Source: Chrysemys picta bellii
Lineage: Eukaryota
Assembly (NCBI RefSeq): GCF_011386835.1
Contig: NC_088802.1
Location: 18,476,001 to 18,540,000, forward strand
DNA: 64,000 nt
Direction: 5' to 3'
In this document: piece after piece, positions 12,080 to 22,301 of the stretch
Numbering within the stretch: the first letter of the stretch is position 1
Layout: each line of letters opens with the position of its first letter
Notes under the pieces: model-generated
What the model saw: the letters and a program-made list of their open reading frames with translations, nothing else
Told to the model about the DNA's origin: nothing
The model's database searches: none
Position numbers and translations under genes: made by a program

Positions 12080-12384
12080 GGCCAGGGCTCCCTGCACCCC
12101 ACGTGCAGCCAGCCCGCACCTTGCAAATGCAGCAGCGGCAGCGATTTGAAATCTTCACGTGTTCAGTGTCTGTTACAGGAAAGGGGCGTTTCCATGCCTG
12201 GGCTGCAACATGAGCCTTGGTTGCACAGGGCCGTCCCCCCTTCCCCGCCGCCCAGGGGTCTGGGCAGAAATGTGCGCGTTTCTCTCTGTGCAGGGAATAG
12301 CACGCGATGCCCAGGGGTGGCGCTCAGTTACACGCAGGGGAGAGAAGAAACACGTGCCTGGTGTTTGAGTTGGGGGGTTACATG

Positions 12385-13125
12385 TCGCTCTATGTCCCAG
12401 CCTCACCTATGGTCACATGGGTGGTGGGTATAATAGGCGAGGTGAGGCTAAGCCTCCCCTGCCCCAGGTCCTGGCCTTGCCCATGCTCCACCCTCTCCCC
12501 CCGAAGCCGGTGGGGGCCAGCAGGCAATCTGGCGCTGGGTCCGGCGAGCGGCCCAGGTGCCGGATATGGCCCAGGGTGGTTTGGCCAGGGGTCCTCTGGC
12601 TGCCGGGGGGTGGGGAGGAGGCTTGGGGCTCCAGCAGACAAGGAGCGGGCAATAGGGGTGGGGCCCTGTGGCTCGCCTCCCCAAAGGGGGGAGCTCACGC
12701 GCCACCCATGTATGGTAATGACCTAAAGGACGAGATCGCGGGTACCGGCTGCAGAAATGAGGTTTCTCCGCAGGGTGGCTGGGCTTGCTCTCCAAGACAG
12801 GGTGAGGAGATCGGCTATTCAGGAGAGCCTTGGAGTAGAGCCGCTATTCCTTCGGATCGAGAGGAGCCAGTGAGGGGGTTCGGGCTCCTGATAAGGATGC
12901 CCCCTGGGAGGCTTCCTTCGGATCTCTCCCAGGCACATCCCACAGTGCGGAGGCCCCGAGGCCGACCCAGGACACGCTGGAGGGATTATATCTCCCGGCT
13001 GGCTTGGGAACGCCGGGGAATCCCCCAGGAGGAGTTGGAACCTGTTGCGGAGGGAAAGGGAGGGCTGGTTCTCCCTACTCTCCATGCTGCCACTGCGACC
13101 CTCACCAGGGAAGCGGCATAAAGGG
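12385..13125 (+). mobile_element. RTE-clade LINE 3' fragment (Rex3/Expander-like), interrupted by a hAT MITE
   Basis: Frameshifted RT-ORF C-terminus: SLYVP-LTYGH / VMT*RTRSRVPAAEMRFLRRVAGLALQDRVRRSAIQESLGVEPLFLRIERSQ / FGLLIRMPPGRLP...RRPRGRPRTRWRDYISRLAWERRGIPQEELE. The RPRGRPRTRWRD motif is typical of RTE C-termini. Confidence 0.8.
12416..12710. mobile_element. GC-rich hAT MITE nested in the RTE fragment
   Basis: TIR CATGGGTGG...CCACCCATG with 8-bp flanks TATGGTCA / TATGGTAA; relative at 60715-61111. Confidence 0.7.
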
Positions 13126-13989
13126 AAAAGAAGTAGAAGATCAGGCTCAGAATGCGGCTCAGGCTGGGTGTCAGCCCCATGCAAGGGCACAAGGGGGAAT
13201 CGCCCACACGTGTCCCGCGACCAACGCACCTGTGGGTCTGGCACAGCTGGCAACTGGCCACCACACTCCTGCTGCTGCTGCTCCTCACCCACCCCCTCCC
13301 CCGCAAGCACAGGTGTGCCACTGGGAAGGGCCATCATCGGCTGGTGGTGTGGGGACGATAGGCCGTTGCCACCACTTGGAGCAGGGAGGGAAGCTGGTGC
13401 TGGAAGAGGAGTGCTGTGAGGCTAGGCCCCTGCCTTCCCCCTGCCTGCCCAGCTCCAGGGTGGGGGCCTGCGGAGCTGGCCCTGCCCCCTTTGCTGGTGC
13501 TCGTGTGTAGGGGGTGCAGATGACGGGGTAGCTGCTCTCCCGCTGGCTGGGATGGGAGGGGGAGCTGCCCTAACCCTGAACTTGGGGGGAGTCTGCAGCC
13601 AGCGGGGGTAGTCCCAGCTGGGCTGGGCTTTGAGGCCCCCACCCTAAGTGCAGGCTGGTGCATGACGTGGGAGGGGCATGACTGGGGGATGGCCCCTCTG
13701 GAGGCAGAATTAAATAATTGAATAGTTACAGGAAAGGGGCGTTTCCATGCCTGGGGCAGCCCTGGCTGGGCTGCAACGTGAGCCTTGGTTGAACAGAGCC
13801 GTTCCCCCCTTCTCCGTGGCTGGGGGACTGGACCCTGGGTCTCCCACCTCCCGTGGGGGCAGTGCCCGAACCACCAGACTACAGCCTCCTAACCACCAGG
13901 CTACAGCGTCAGGCCCTCTCTCTGGCCCAATGGTTATTTAAGTATTCGTCTACAGTGAAACAGCTTCAGCAGGAGAGATTGAGGGAGCC

Positions 13990-14130
13990 CCGATCGGGGA
14001 GCCAGCAGTTAAGACATTCTCCTGAGAGGTGGGGACCCCTCTTCAAATCCTCCCTCCCACCGGGAAAGGGGGGATTTGAACCCTTCTTTCCCCTATCCGA
14101 GGTGAATGCTTGAACCACTGGCCTATGGAT
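13990..14130. mobile_element. tRNA-derived SINE heads in opposite orientations
   Basis: B-box-like TTCAAATCC on the plus strand and GGGTTCAAATCC on the minus strand, with degenerate A boxes and no complete cloverleaf. Confidence 0.4.
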
Positions 14131-16215
14131 TATAAGGGAGCTGGTGCTGGTGGCTGGGGTTTGAATGAGACCCACTCCAGCTTGTGGCCTCTAAGCACAG
14201 CTACTGGACTGGGCCCCTGGGAGATAGGTGTTTGCCCACCCAGGAGCAGCAGAAGCTTCCTAAAAGTGGGGGGGCTACCGGCACCTGAACCGTGGCCACA
14301 CACCCTCTGCCGCCCCTTCCCCTGAGGCCCTGCCCTGCGCCACCCCTTCCTCTCAAGGCCCTGCTCCCATGCCGCCTCTTCCCCTGAGCTCCCACCCCCA
14401 CACTGCCCCTTCCCCTGAGGCCCCGCCCCTTCCTCACAAGGCCCCACCCTCGTGCCACCCCTTCTCCCCAAGGCCCCACTCCTGTGCTGCCTTTTCCCCC
14501 CCAAGACCCTGTCCCCAGCTCACTCCTCTCTGCTCCCTCTCCCCCCATCACTTGCCCTTATGGCTGGTAAAAAGTGGGGGGCCATGGCCTCCTGACCCCC
14601 CCCGTTCTGGCGCCCCTGCCTACCTAACTTCCCCTGTTTTGTGGATCAATGTCTGGGTGCCTAGAGGAAGAAACTGAAGCAACTACAGAACTTGAACAGC
14701 GGAAATGTAGTTGCCAAGTAAATTTAGGCACCCGCAGGGTTAGGCGGCAGCCAAAGAGGAATTGTGTGGAGCCTAAAACTGGGATTGAGGCACTTAAGGA
14801 CCTTTGTGGGTCCAGGCTTTTGTTCCAAATTCACTTTCGTCCTTCCTCAAAGCCTCCACTGGCCAGTTTTCCTGCTTTGGCCTCCATGCCATTCTGCTGG
14901 GCTTTCTCTGGCATCGGCTCACAGCCCCTGAGCAAATGCTCATGGGACCTTCCCATCTCTGCAGCCCGTCACCAGCTTGCCTCTCATCAGGGCATTGTTG
15001 ATGGAGCCCAGTGTAGAGCGTCTGTACTCAGTACTCCTCGGTGCTTTCTGCACTCTGGTGTGGAAGCGGATTTTTGTGTCAGCTTCATCCTTTGTAGATA
15101 CACAATGAGCTTCAAAGTGGGCTAGGACCCACCCACCAAGATCAGTGTTCTCTGTGGGTGGGAGCTGAAAACTATTCTCCATTTCTAGGGCCTCTGATGG
15201 CTAATAAGCAGGGCTGGCTTTAGGCCGATTCCACCGATTCCCCGGAATCGGCCCCCGCGCCTAAGAGGGCCCCACTCCCCCGGCGGGAGCCCCGTGGCCC
15301 CGCTCCCCTGGCCGGAGCACCGGCCCGAGCCCGGCAAGCCCCGCGGCCCCGCTCCCCTGGCCGGAGTGCCGGCCTGAGCCCTGCAAGTCCCGTGGCGCCG
15401 CTCCCCGGAGCGTGGCAATCTGAAGTGCCACTGAAGACTCGGAGCGCCACCTGGTGAGTACAAGCCCCACGAATCGGGCCCCGCACTTGCTAAAGTTTTT
15501 GCCGCCCCAAGCAGCCTCCCCCCGTCCCAAAGCTGCGATCGCAATCTGCGGCACTTCGGCGGGAGGTCCTTCACTCCGAGCCGGAGAGAGGGACCCTCTG
15601 CTCAATTGCCGCCAACTAGCTGGACATGCCCCTTCCCCCCCCCCCCCCCCCCGAGTGGCCGCCCCAAGCACCTGCTTACTACCGGTAAGCTGGTGCCTGG
15701 AGCCGGCCCTGCTGCTAATAAGGCCAGTTTCCTGGCACTGCTCTTTGTATCTGCATCCACTGGAGGGGGAGGAGGGAGGACCTTTCTGGGTGCAGGGAAT
15801 GGCCAATAGGAGGGAAATAGTGGGGCTGAGAGAAGTGAAAGAGAAAGGAAGAGAAATCTCTGCTGGTTTTGTAACACTGACAGGCACAAACCCCACTTAT
15901 GGGCAGGTGGAATGGAAGCTGGGGCTTTTAGATCTTAGTGCACAAACCGCTACTGCATGAGCCTCAAGCCCTATGGCCCTTAGTTAAGGCTGTAGAGCAG
16001 ATTCATTAATCTGTCTCTCTCTCTCTCTTCCCCCCCTCACAGGAGGCGATCATGTGGCTCAGGGTTATTAGAGTGTCCTTGGCTCTGAATCCACACTCTG
16101 TAATCTGTGCCTGTTTCTTAAGTGAAACGTGAAGTTTGCAATCGCCAGGATATAAGATAATTAAGTTAATTCACTATTTATTAATGTTAGAAATGTGCAG
16201 GAGGTCAGGCTAAAT

Positions 16216-16417
16216 CAGTGGTTTTCAAACTTTTTGTATTGGTGACCCCTTCCACACAGCAAGTCTTGGAATGTGGCTTATTCATTAAAATCGGGGGTGG
16301 GGTCATTTACTTTAATGGGGGCTCGGGGCTGCCCCACGGAGCTGATAGCTCACGACCCCCCATGTAACCACCTTGCAACCCCCTAAGGGGTCACGACTCC
16401 CAGTTTGAGAACCCCTG
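16216..16417. mobile_element. hAT MITE inserted in a CR1 3' tail
   Basis: TIR CAGTGGTTTTCAAAC / GTTTGAGAACCCCTG; TSD GGCTAAAT/GGCTAGAT; the flanks rejoin as a CR1 terminus. Confidence 0.75.
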
Positions 16418-18269
16418 GGCTAGATGATCATGATGGTCCCTTCTGGCCTTTGAGTCTATGACTCATCTTCAGGGGGAGGAGACCGGAACAATAAGAATCC
16501 TTGCATAGATTTTTAGATGCACAATCATCGTTAGCCTTAAATGCTTGGATCTTCAGACATGGTTTTTTAAATAAATTCTTCAAAAGACCTCCCTTATCTA
16601 AAAAGCACATTTTAATTACTGTAGTAAAAAAACTTACTTCCAAAGTCTTCCTGTCCTTTCTGTCCATCCATTTCTCCCTTCACCCCCTCCCCACCGCCCA
16701 CTGAAGGAAGCAACAGCCCTTTGCTTCCAGATAGCTGGAGAAAGAGTTTCCCTTTCTTTACTTCTGACTATCGGATGAAAAAGTTTTAAGCAAAATCAGT
16801 ACCTTAGTGAGATATAAAATCTTTTGTTATGCCTAAAATCTTTGGAAACATATTTTTTAAAGTTGGTGACATTTCATAAACATGTGTATTGTTCTGGAGA
16901 TCACACACAGTAAATTAGTGTTCCCTTTTTCTAAAAGCAATGAACTTTGTTATGAACACGCTAAACCTCTGTGACTGATTAATTTAAAATAATGTCTGTT
17001 TCAGTGAGTTAAATATGTAGTAATCTGGAATGATGACTTTATGAAGGCTTAAGAGTACATTTAAAATATAAAATCACCTTAGAAATACTGATTAAGAAAA
17101 TGTAAAACAGAGAAGAGCTGCATCATGTATTCCATAATATTTAATGTTGTATACAGCTGACTCGCCCTTACTACAAAGTTTTTGCAAATAAATGTCTGAC
17201 AAACTTCAGGGTATATCAAAAAACCTGTGACTGACATTTTTTATTCCCAAGTTTAGTGCTTTTAATTAGGTACCTTCTGCATGTCAATTCTGCATGAGGG
17301 AGAGGGTACAGGGGTCTCTGCGGGGAACTGTGACTCTCCGCCACGTGAGGTGGGCTGGGCATCTTGTTATTCTTTCTGCCTTGTCCCTCCGCCCCGCTTC
17401 TCCCCTCCCCCCGCTGGGCTGCAAGCTCAGGCTGCCGTCGGGCATAGGGGCACCAGTTTAATAATACTGCATAGGGCCCCATAAATCCTAAGGACGGCCC
17501 TGGGGGTGCCAAAAAGCGGTGCCCTGAAGTCGCCTTCTGGAGGCACCGGAGATCCAGAGCGTCGGCGGCAAGCCCCAGCCATGGAGGAGCCGGCGCAGCG
17601 CAGGGGGGCAGGAGCCCTGCAAAGGCGGCAGCGCCGCTAGTGGGGAGCAGCTGCGCCCCCCGCCCCTCCTGCCCAGGCTGCGGCCTGGCACCCCTCCGGG
17701 GGGCTCCTGCAGGCTGCAGCAGATGCATGCGGGCAGAGGCCCCCGTGCACCCCCCCCCCGTTTCCTCACCACGCTCGGGGGCTGCGGCTCCTGGGGATGT
17801 GAGCCGCCGCCGGGGCGCGGGGCCCTGAGCCTGCTCCGGGAGGAGCAGCAGCGGCTCACACTCCCAGGAGCCGCAGAGCCCGAGTGTGGCGAGGGAGGAG
17901 CCGGGGGGGGGTGCACGGGGGCCTCTGCCCACATGCATCTGCTGCAGGATCCCCCAGAAGGCAGTTCCTCCCTGCCGAGCTGCTGCAGCGGCCCAAGCCC
18001 GGCAAAGCCAGTGAGTGGACTGAGGGCGGGGGCTGACGGGGGTGGGGAGGGCTCACGGTGGGGGGGGGAGGGGCTGTGTACCCTCCAGGGGAGTTCAGGG
18101 GATGGGTAGGGGGAACCTGGTCTGGGGAGCAGCCCCTGGGCACGGCTGGCCCCTGGGGTCTATAAAGGCTCGTTGGGATTTGCCCCTCAATGAACTGATG
18201 TTACGGGGGGGGGGGGGCACAAGGTGGCAGTTTCGCCTAGGGTGCAAAATATCCTTGTACCGGCCCTGG

Positions 18270-19146
18270 ATATCACCCTTAAAATTGGGCCAGTCTCCTC
18301 TGTTGGGAGTCTTGTCTTCTTTTCAGTGTTTTAGTTGCTTGCAGCATAGGTGGAGGCAGGAGAAGGGTGAAGCATGGACCTGCTCTGTTCTGTTTTATAC
18401 CCTCAATCCCATGTGCTGGGGAATACAAGGCCAGGCATGTCTGGGGGCATTGCTGAGTCTCCAGGCAAAGTTGAGCAATTCCCCTGGTGTGGCCTCATGC
18501 AGGTGAGTCATTGAATTGTAGCTTCCTTGCTGGGCAATGGTTGTTGATGAGTTGTTTGAAACCCCACCTGGGTGTTGGTCACTTTCCTTGCTGTTGCCTC
18601 TGGGGAGCTAATATCTGGCTGTTTCCCTAATTTACAGCATCTTTTAGTGACCACCATACTACACAATTCTCATAACTTCATCTGCATTAATGATACACAT
18701 ATATGGATAGAGAAATGACTTTCAGCAGGTCATAACCTTTCTCCTGATACATATAAAGCAGGGGTCGGCAACCTTTCAGAAGTGGTGTGCCGAGTCTTCA
18801 TTTATTCACTCTAATTCAAGGTTTCGTGTGCCAGTAATACATGTTAACGTTTTTAGAAGGTCTCTTTCTATAAGTCTATAATATATAACTAAACTATTGT
18901 TGTATGTAAACTAAATAAGGTTTTTAAAATATTTAAGAAGCTTCATTTAAAATTAAATTAAAATGCAGAGCCCCCCCCCCCCCCCACCCGGACCAGTGGC
19001 CAGGACCCAGGCAGTGTGAGTGCCACTGAAAATCAGCTCGTGTGCCGCTTTCGGCACGCGTGCCATAGGTTGCCTACCCCTGATATAAAGCATGCCTTGT
19101 AAGGTAAGATCACAATTATATGAAAATGAGGAATATGGGGGTTACA
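18270..19146. mobile_element. LTR-like remnant interrupted by a hAT MITE
   Basis: Ends GGGGGTTACA and resembles the 3' part of the LTR at 33307-34497; left end not defined. Confidence 0.4.
18759..19082. mobile_element. hAT MITE
   Basis: TIR CAGGGGTCGGCAACC / GGTTGCCTACCCCTG with a perfect TSD ATATAAAG. Confidence 0.85.
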
Positions 19147-19169
19147 GTACACTCCCCCCAGGTATGGAA

Positions 19170-19272
19170 TGTTACAGTTATTTTTAGTAAAAGTCAGGGA
19201 CTGGTCACAGGTGTCTGTGTATTTTTGTTTATTACCTGTGACTTTTACTAAAAAGAACCGTGACAGAATCTT
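19170..19272. repeat. Palindromic MITE-like fragment
   Basis: TTTTTAGTAAAAGTCA...GTCACAGG / CCTGTGACTTTTACTAAAAA inverted arms. Confidence 0.55.
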
Positions 19273-19279
19273 AACTTCT

Positions 19280-19476
19280 GTTATCACTGCCTGCTGTGTG
19301 CTTCATAATTTCTGTGGAGCAAAGGGAGAGACGTTTCCACAGGGGTGGGGGCAAGGCGGCAGATCAGCAGTCTACTAATTTTGAGCAGCCAGCTACCAGG
19401 GCTATCAGGAGCTCAGCAGGGAGCAATGCGGCTCAGGGTGGCTTTGAAAATCCATTTGATTAATGACCAGCGGTAA
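19280..19476 (+). pseudogene. Harbinger/PIF transposase C-terminal remnant (HARBI1-family-like)
   Basis: VITACCVLHNFCGAKGETF...(frameshift)...FEQPATRAIR...(frameshift)...AQQGAMRLRVALKIHL...*; ACCVLHN is the conserved C-terminal motif of Harbinger transposases. The 5' part is missing. Confidence 0.85.
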
Positions 19477-19741
19477 TGGGTGTTGCTTTTCTGCATTATG
19501 CCTGCCAGTAGTCTGAACCTTGCTTTGACGGCTGTGTGTGTAGTAATGTAACCTTGGAAATACACCCCTTACTTTGCTCTGAAAATGACTCCCAGCCCCC
19601 ACCTGCTGCAACCACTAGAGCCCCCTCCCTTGCTACAGCTGGGGAGACCACCCCACACTCCACTCAGTCCCTGGCCCCTCCAAAGGCACTGCCAGTGAGG
19701 GGGAAAACGATGCCCGGGGAATGGGCTGAGACCCTATAATG

Positions 19742-19966
19742 CAGGGGTTCTTAAACTGGGGGGCGGGACCCCTCAGGGGGGTCTTAAGATTATTACATGG
19801 GGGTTCATGAGTGGTCAGCCTCCATCCTAAACCTCGCTTTGCCTCCAGTATTTATAATGGTGTTAAATATATAAAAAAGTGTTTTTAATTTATAATGGGG
19901 GGGGGGTCGCACTCAGAGGCTTGCTATGTGAAAGGGGTCACCAGTACTAAAGTTTGAGAACCACTG
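19742..19966. mobile_element. hAT MITE nested in the Harbinger element
   Basis: TIRs CAGGGGTTCTTAAAC / GTTTGAGAACCACTG with a perfect TSD CTATAATG. Confidence 0.85.
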
Positions 19967-20309
19967 CTATAATGCATTCCTCATAGGGGCCACTCCAGTG
20001 GCTGCTGTGAGCGTGGGGGTAGTGTGGGCTAATGCTTAGAGCAAGAAGGGGGTGGGAGCCAGGATTCTTGGGTTCAATCTACAGGTCTGGCTCTGTGTGA
20101 CCTTGTTCACCCCCGTTGAGTGCCTCAGTTTCCCTCCCCTTTCACTTTGAAGTCTAAAGATGGTTTTGTTTTCAAGAAATGGACTTTTATTGCCCACAGA
20201 AACAGAAATATGTGCCACAGAGGTAAACCTTGGAAACCACAGGGGAATATACAACTGGGAGGGGGAATGCACATTCACCTTCTGTTTAAAAGTGCACAGG
20301 CCTGGCCTA

Positions 20310-22301
20310 TCACACGTCAGTGTATGGACGGCTGGGAGTCCATTCACCCTCCCCGGGGATTGAGTGGATGGGATACTGCATTGGGCCCCTACGCCAAGTG
20401 GAATGTGTGCGAGGGGGGGAGGGGAAGTAGGGCGATGTTAGAGTGCTGTTCTGGAGGGGCTGCAGAGGGAGTCGAGACTTAAAGTATCGCTCCTGAAGGT
20501 CAAGCAGACGCCTCAAAATGTCTGTTTGTTCCTTCAGAATCCCCAGCACCTCCTGCTGCATGGCACGCTCAGTCTCCTTGGCTTGCACCCTGCTCATAAC
20601 ATCCATTTTTTCTGAGACAGCAGTCCTTGGCTCGGTGTCCGCCCTCCCAGAGGCGTTCATTGTCTCATGAGGCGCGTCGGCGCGTGTTCTCTTCGGCCTT
20701 CGTCTTATCTGGAAGAGCCCCGCCGACAGTGTGGAGGGAGAGCCCCAGGCCGCGCTCCTGGCTGTAAAAGCACAAAGGAACCATTTCAGCGCAGACCCAG
20801 GGTCCAGGGCAGACGTCCTGCATAAAAATCACTCCCTTGAATCCCCGCAAATGTACAGCGGAACATTTGCATTTCTGCAAGGTGTTCATTGGACCGGTTT
20901 GCTGTTTTAGCCATGGGGAGTACGGCCCGGGGGCAGGGGCGTTGGGGCTTCTTCAGAAGTGAGGGTGGGGGAACACAGACCCCTGCCACCCAAATTACAG
21001 CCATGTTAAACAGCGGGTGGCCATGCCCCCCCGCCCCGATTCCGGCGCCCCTTCCCCATTGTGCTCCTGGGTTCTGGCACCCCTGTCCAGTGATGGAGGT
21101 TTTTAAGGCCCGGCTTGACAAAGCCCTGGCTGGGATGATTTAGTTGGGAATTGGTCCTGCTTTGAGCAGGGGGTTGGACTAGATGACCTCTTGAGGTCCC
21201 TTCCAACCCTGATATTCTATGATTCTATGGGAGTAGGACAAGCTATCACAAGGGCGTGGATGGAAGAGGAGGGAGAGAAGGGAAACAGGCACTAGTGTTT
21301 GCGGTTAGAGCAATTGAAATGAATACTAGCACCATCTCCCATAGGTGACCCTAGCTGATACCATGCTCCTGAGGGTAACAGAGGCGGAAAGGGAACAGCT
21401 GCTGCATGCGTTCAGGTATGGACTGGGTCCTTATGCTGCTATCCTGTGTACTGAGATGATGCCTGCTGAATCAATACTGGAGTGGCGCAGGAAAGTGTCC
21501 TACCGTGGTGGAAGAAATAAGGCAGCCCTCCCCAGAAACCTTCAACGGATTGCAGACTACCTCCAGGAAAGTTTCCTGAAGATCTCTATGGAAGATTTTT
21601 GGGACATCCCTGTGTACATAAACAATCTCTTTCGCAGGGCATCCTCTGCCTAGCTGGTCCGGGCACTGAGAAGCAGAGAGCCACTCTGCCTCCACTGATT
21701 ATTTCAATAAAAAATAGCAAATAAGAACATGTGTCCCTACAATATTAATGCTAAGTGTGTACTCACCAGAGGTACCCTCCCCAGCATCATGGCCAGCCAT
21801 GCTGCAGTGCTGCAACTGGCTGGACTGCTCCGGGGTTACAAACAGCTCCTGGCTCCCCCGGACAATGGATCCCCCGCTCGCCTGTCTCCAATTCGTCTCC
21901 TCCTCTTCCTCATCCAGCAGCTCCGACTCACCACTGCCTGCGGTGCCCTGGGACTCTGACTCCTCCGAGGACTCCAGGCGGCTCTTGGGGGTGGGGTCAT
22001 CGCAGAGGATAGCATGCAGCTCTTTGTAAAAGGGGCACGTCTGTGCTGCACCAGAGCGACCGTTCGCCTCCCTTGCCTTCTGGTACGCGAGCCGCAGCTC
22101 CTTTGCTTTCACGCGACACTGCAGCAGGTCCCTCTGGTAGCCCTTCTCCACCATGTCCCGAGAGATCTTCTCATAGACATCCGCATTTCTACGGCTGGAT
22201 TGGAGCTGTGCCTGCACAGCCTCTTCTCCCCACAGGCCAAGGAGATCCAACACCTCCCGCCTACTCCAGGCAGGAGAGCGTTTGGAGCGTGGACCCCGCA
22301 T
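20310..22301 (-). CDS. Harbinger-derived Myb/SANT-like DNA-binding protein (MSANTD-type), two exons, 328 aa
   Basis: Exon 1 22301-21767 (MRGPRSKRSPAWSRREVLDLLGLWGEEAVQAQLQSSRRNADVYEKIS...QCRVKAKELR...CPFYKELHAIL), donor TCTG|GTGAGT. Exon 2 20761-20310 after TTTTACAG, in frame (QIRRRPKRTR...LRRLLDLQE...). No stops; AATAAA at 20191-20186. Confidence 0.82.
21093..21229 (+). mobile_element. CR1 3' terminus inside the Myb/SANT intron
   Basis: ...GGGGGTTGGACTAGATGACCTCTTGAGGTCCCTTCCAACCCTGATATTCTATGATTCTATG; near-identical tail at 43850-43920. Confidence 0.9.
21345..21653 (+). other. Antisense exon-like ORF (102 codons) nested in the Myb/SANT intron
   Basis: Begins exactly at a CCATCTCCCATAG| acceptor, is open to TAG at 21653 and is followed by AATAAA at 21706-21711. 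The peptide is non-repetitive (WRRKVSYRGGRNKAALPRNLQRIADYLQESFLKISMEDFWDIPVYINNLF). Confidence 0.45.

Noticed and set aside
12417-13121. 234-aa ORF as a host gene
   Set aside because: Chance fusion of a hAT MITE frame with the RTE ORF tail.
15185-15720. CpG island suggesting a promoter
   Set aside because: The CpG richness comes from recognisable GC-rich repeat families (also 17300-18270 and 36452-36763); no adjacent exon.
17216-18109. Long overlapping ORFs of 128-240 aa
   Set aside because: Low-complexity Pro/Gly/Ala/Arg frames from GC-rich non-autonomous repeats; no domain motifs or splice structure. The same applies to 22691-24195, 25663-26362, 29478-29931 and 63217-63897.
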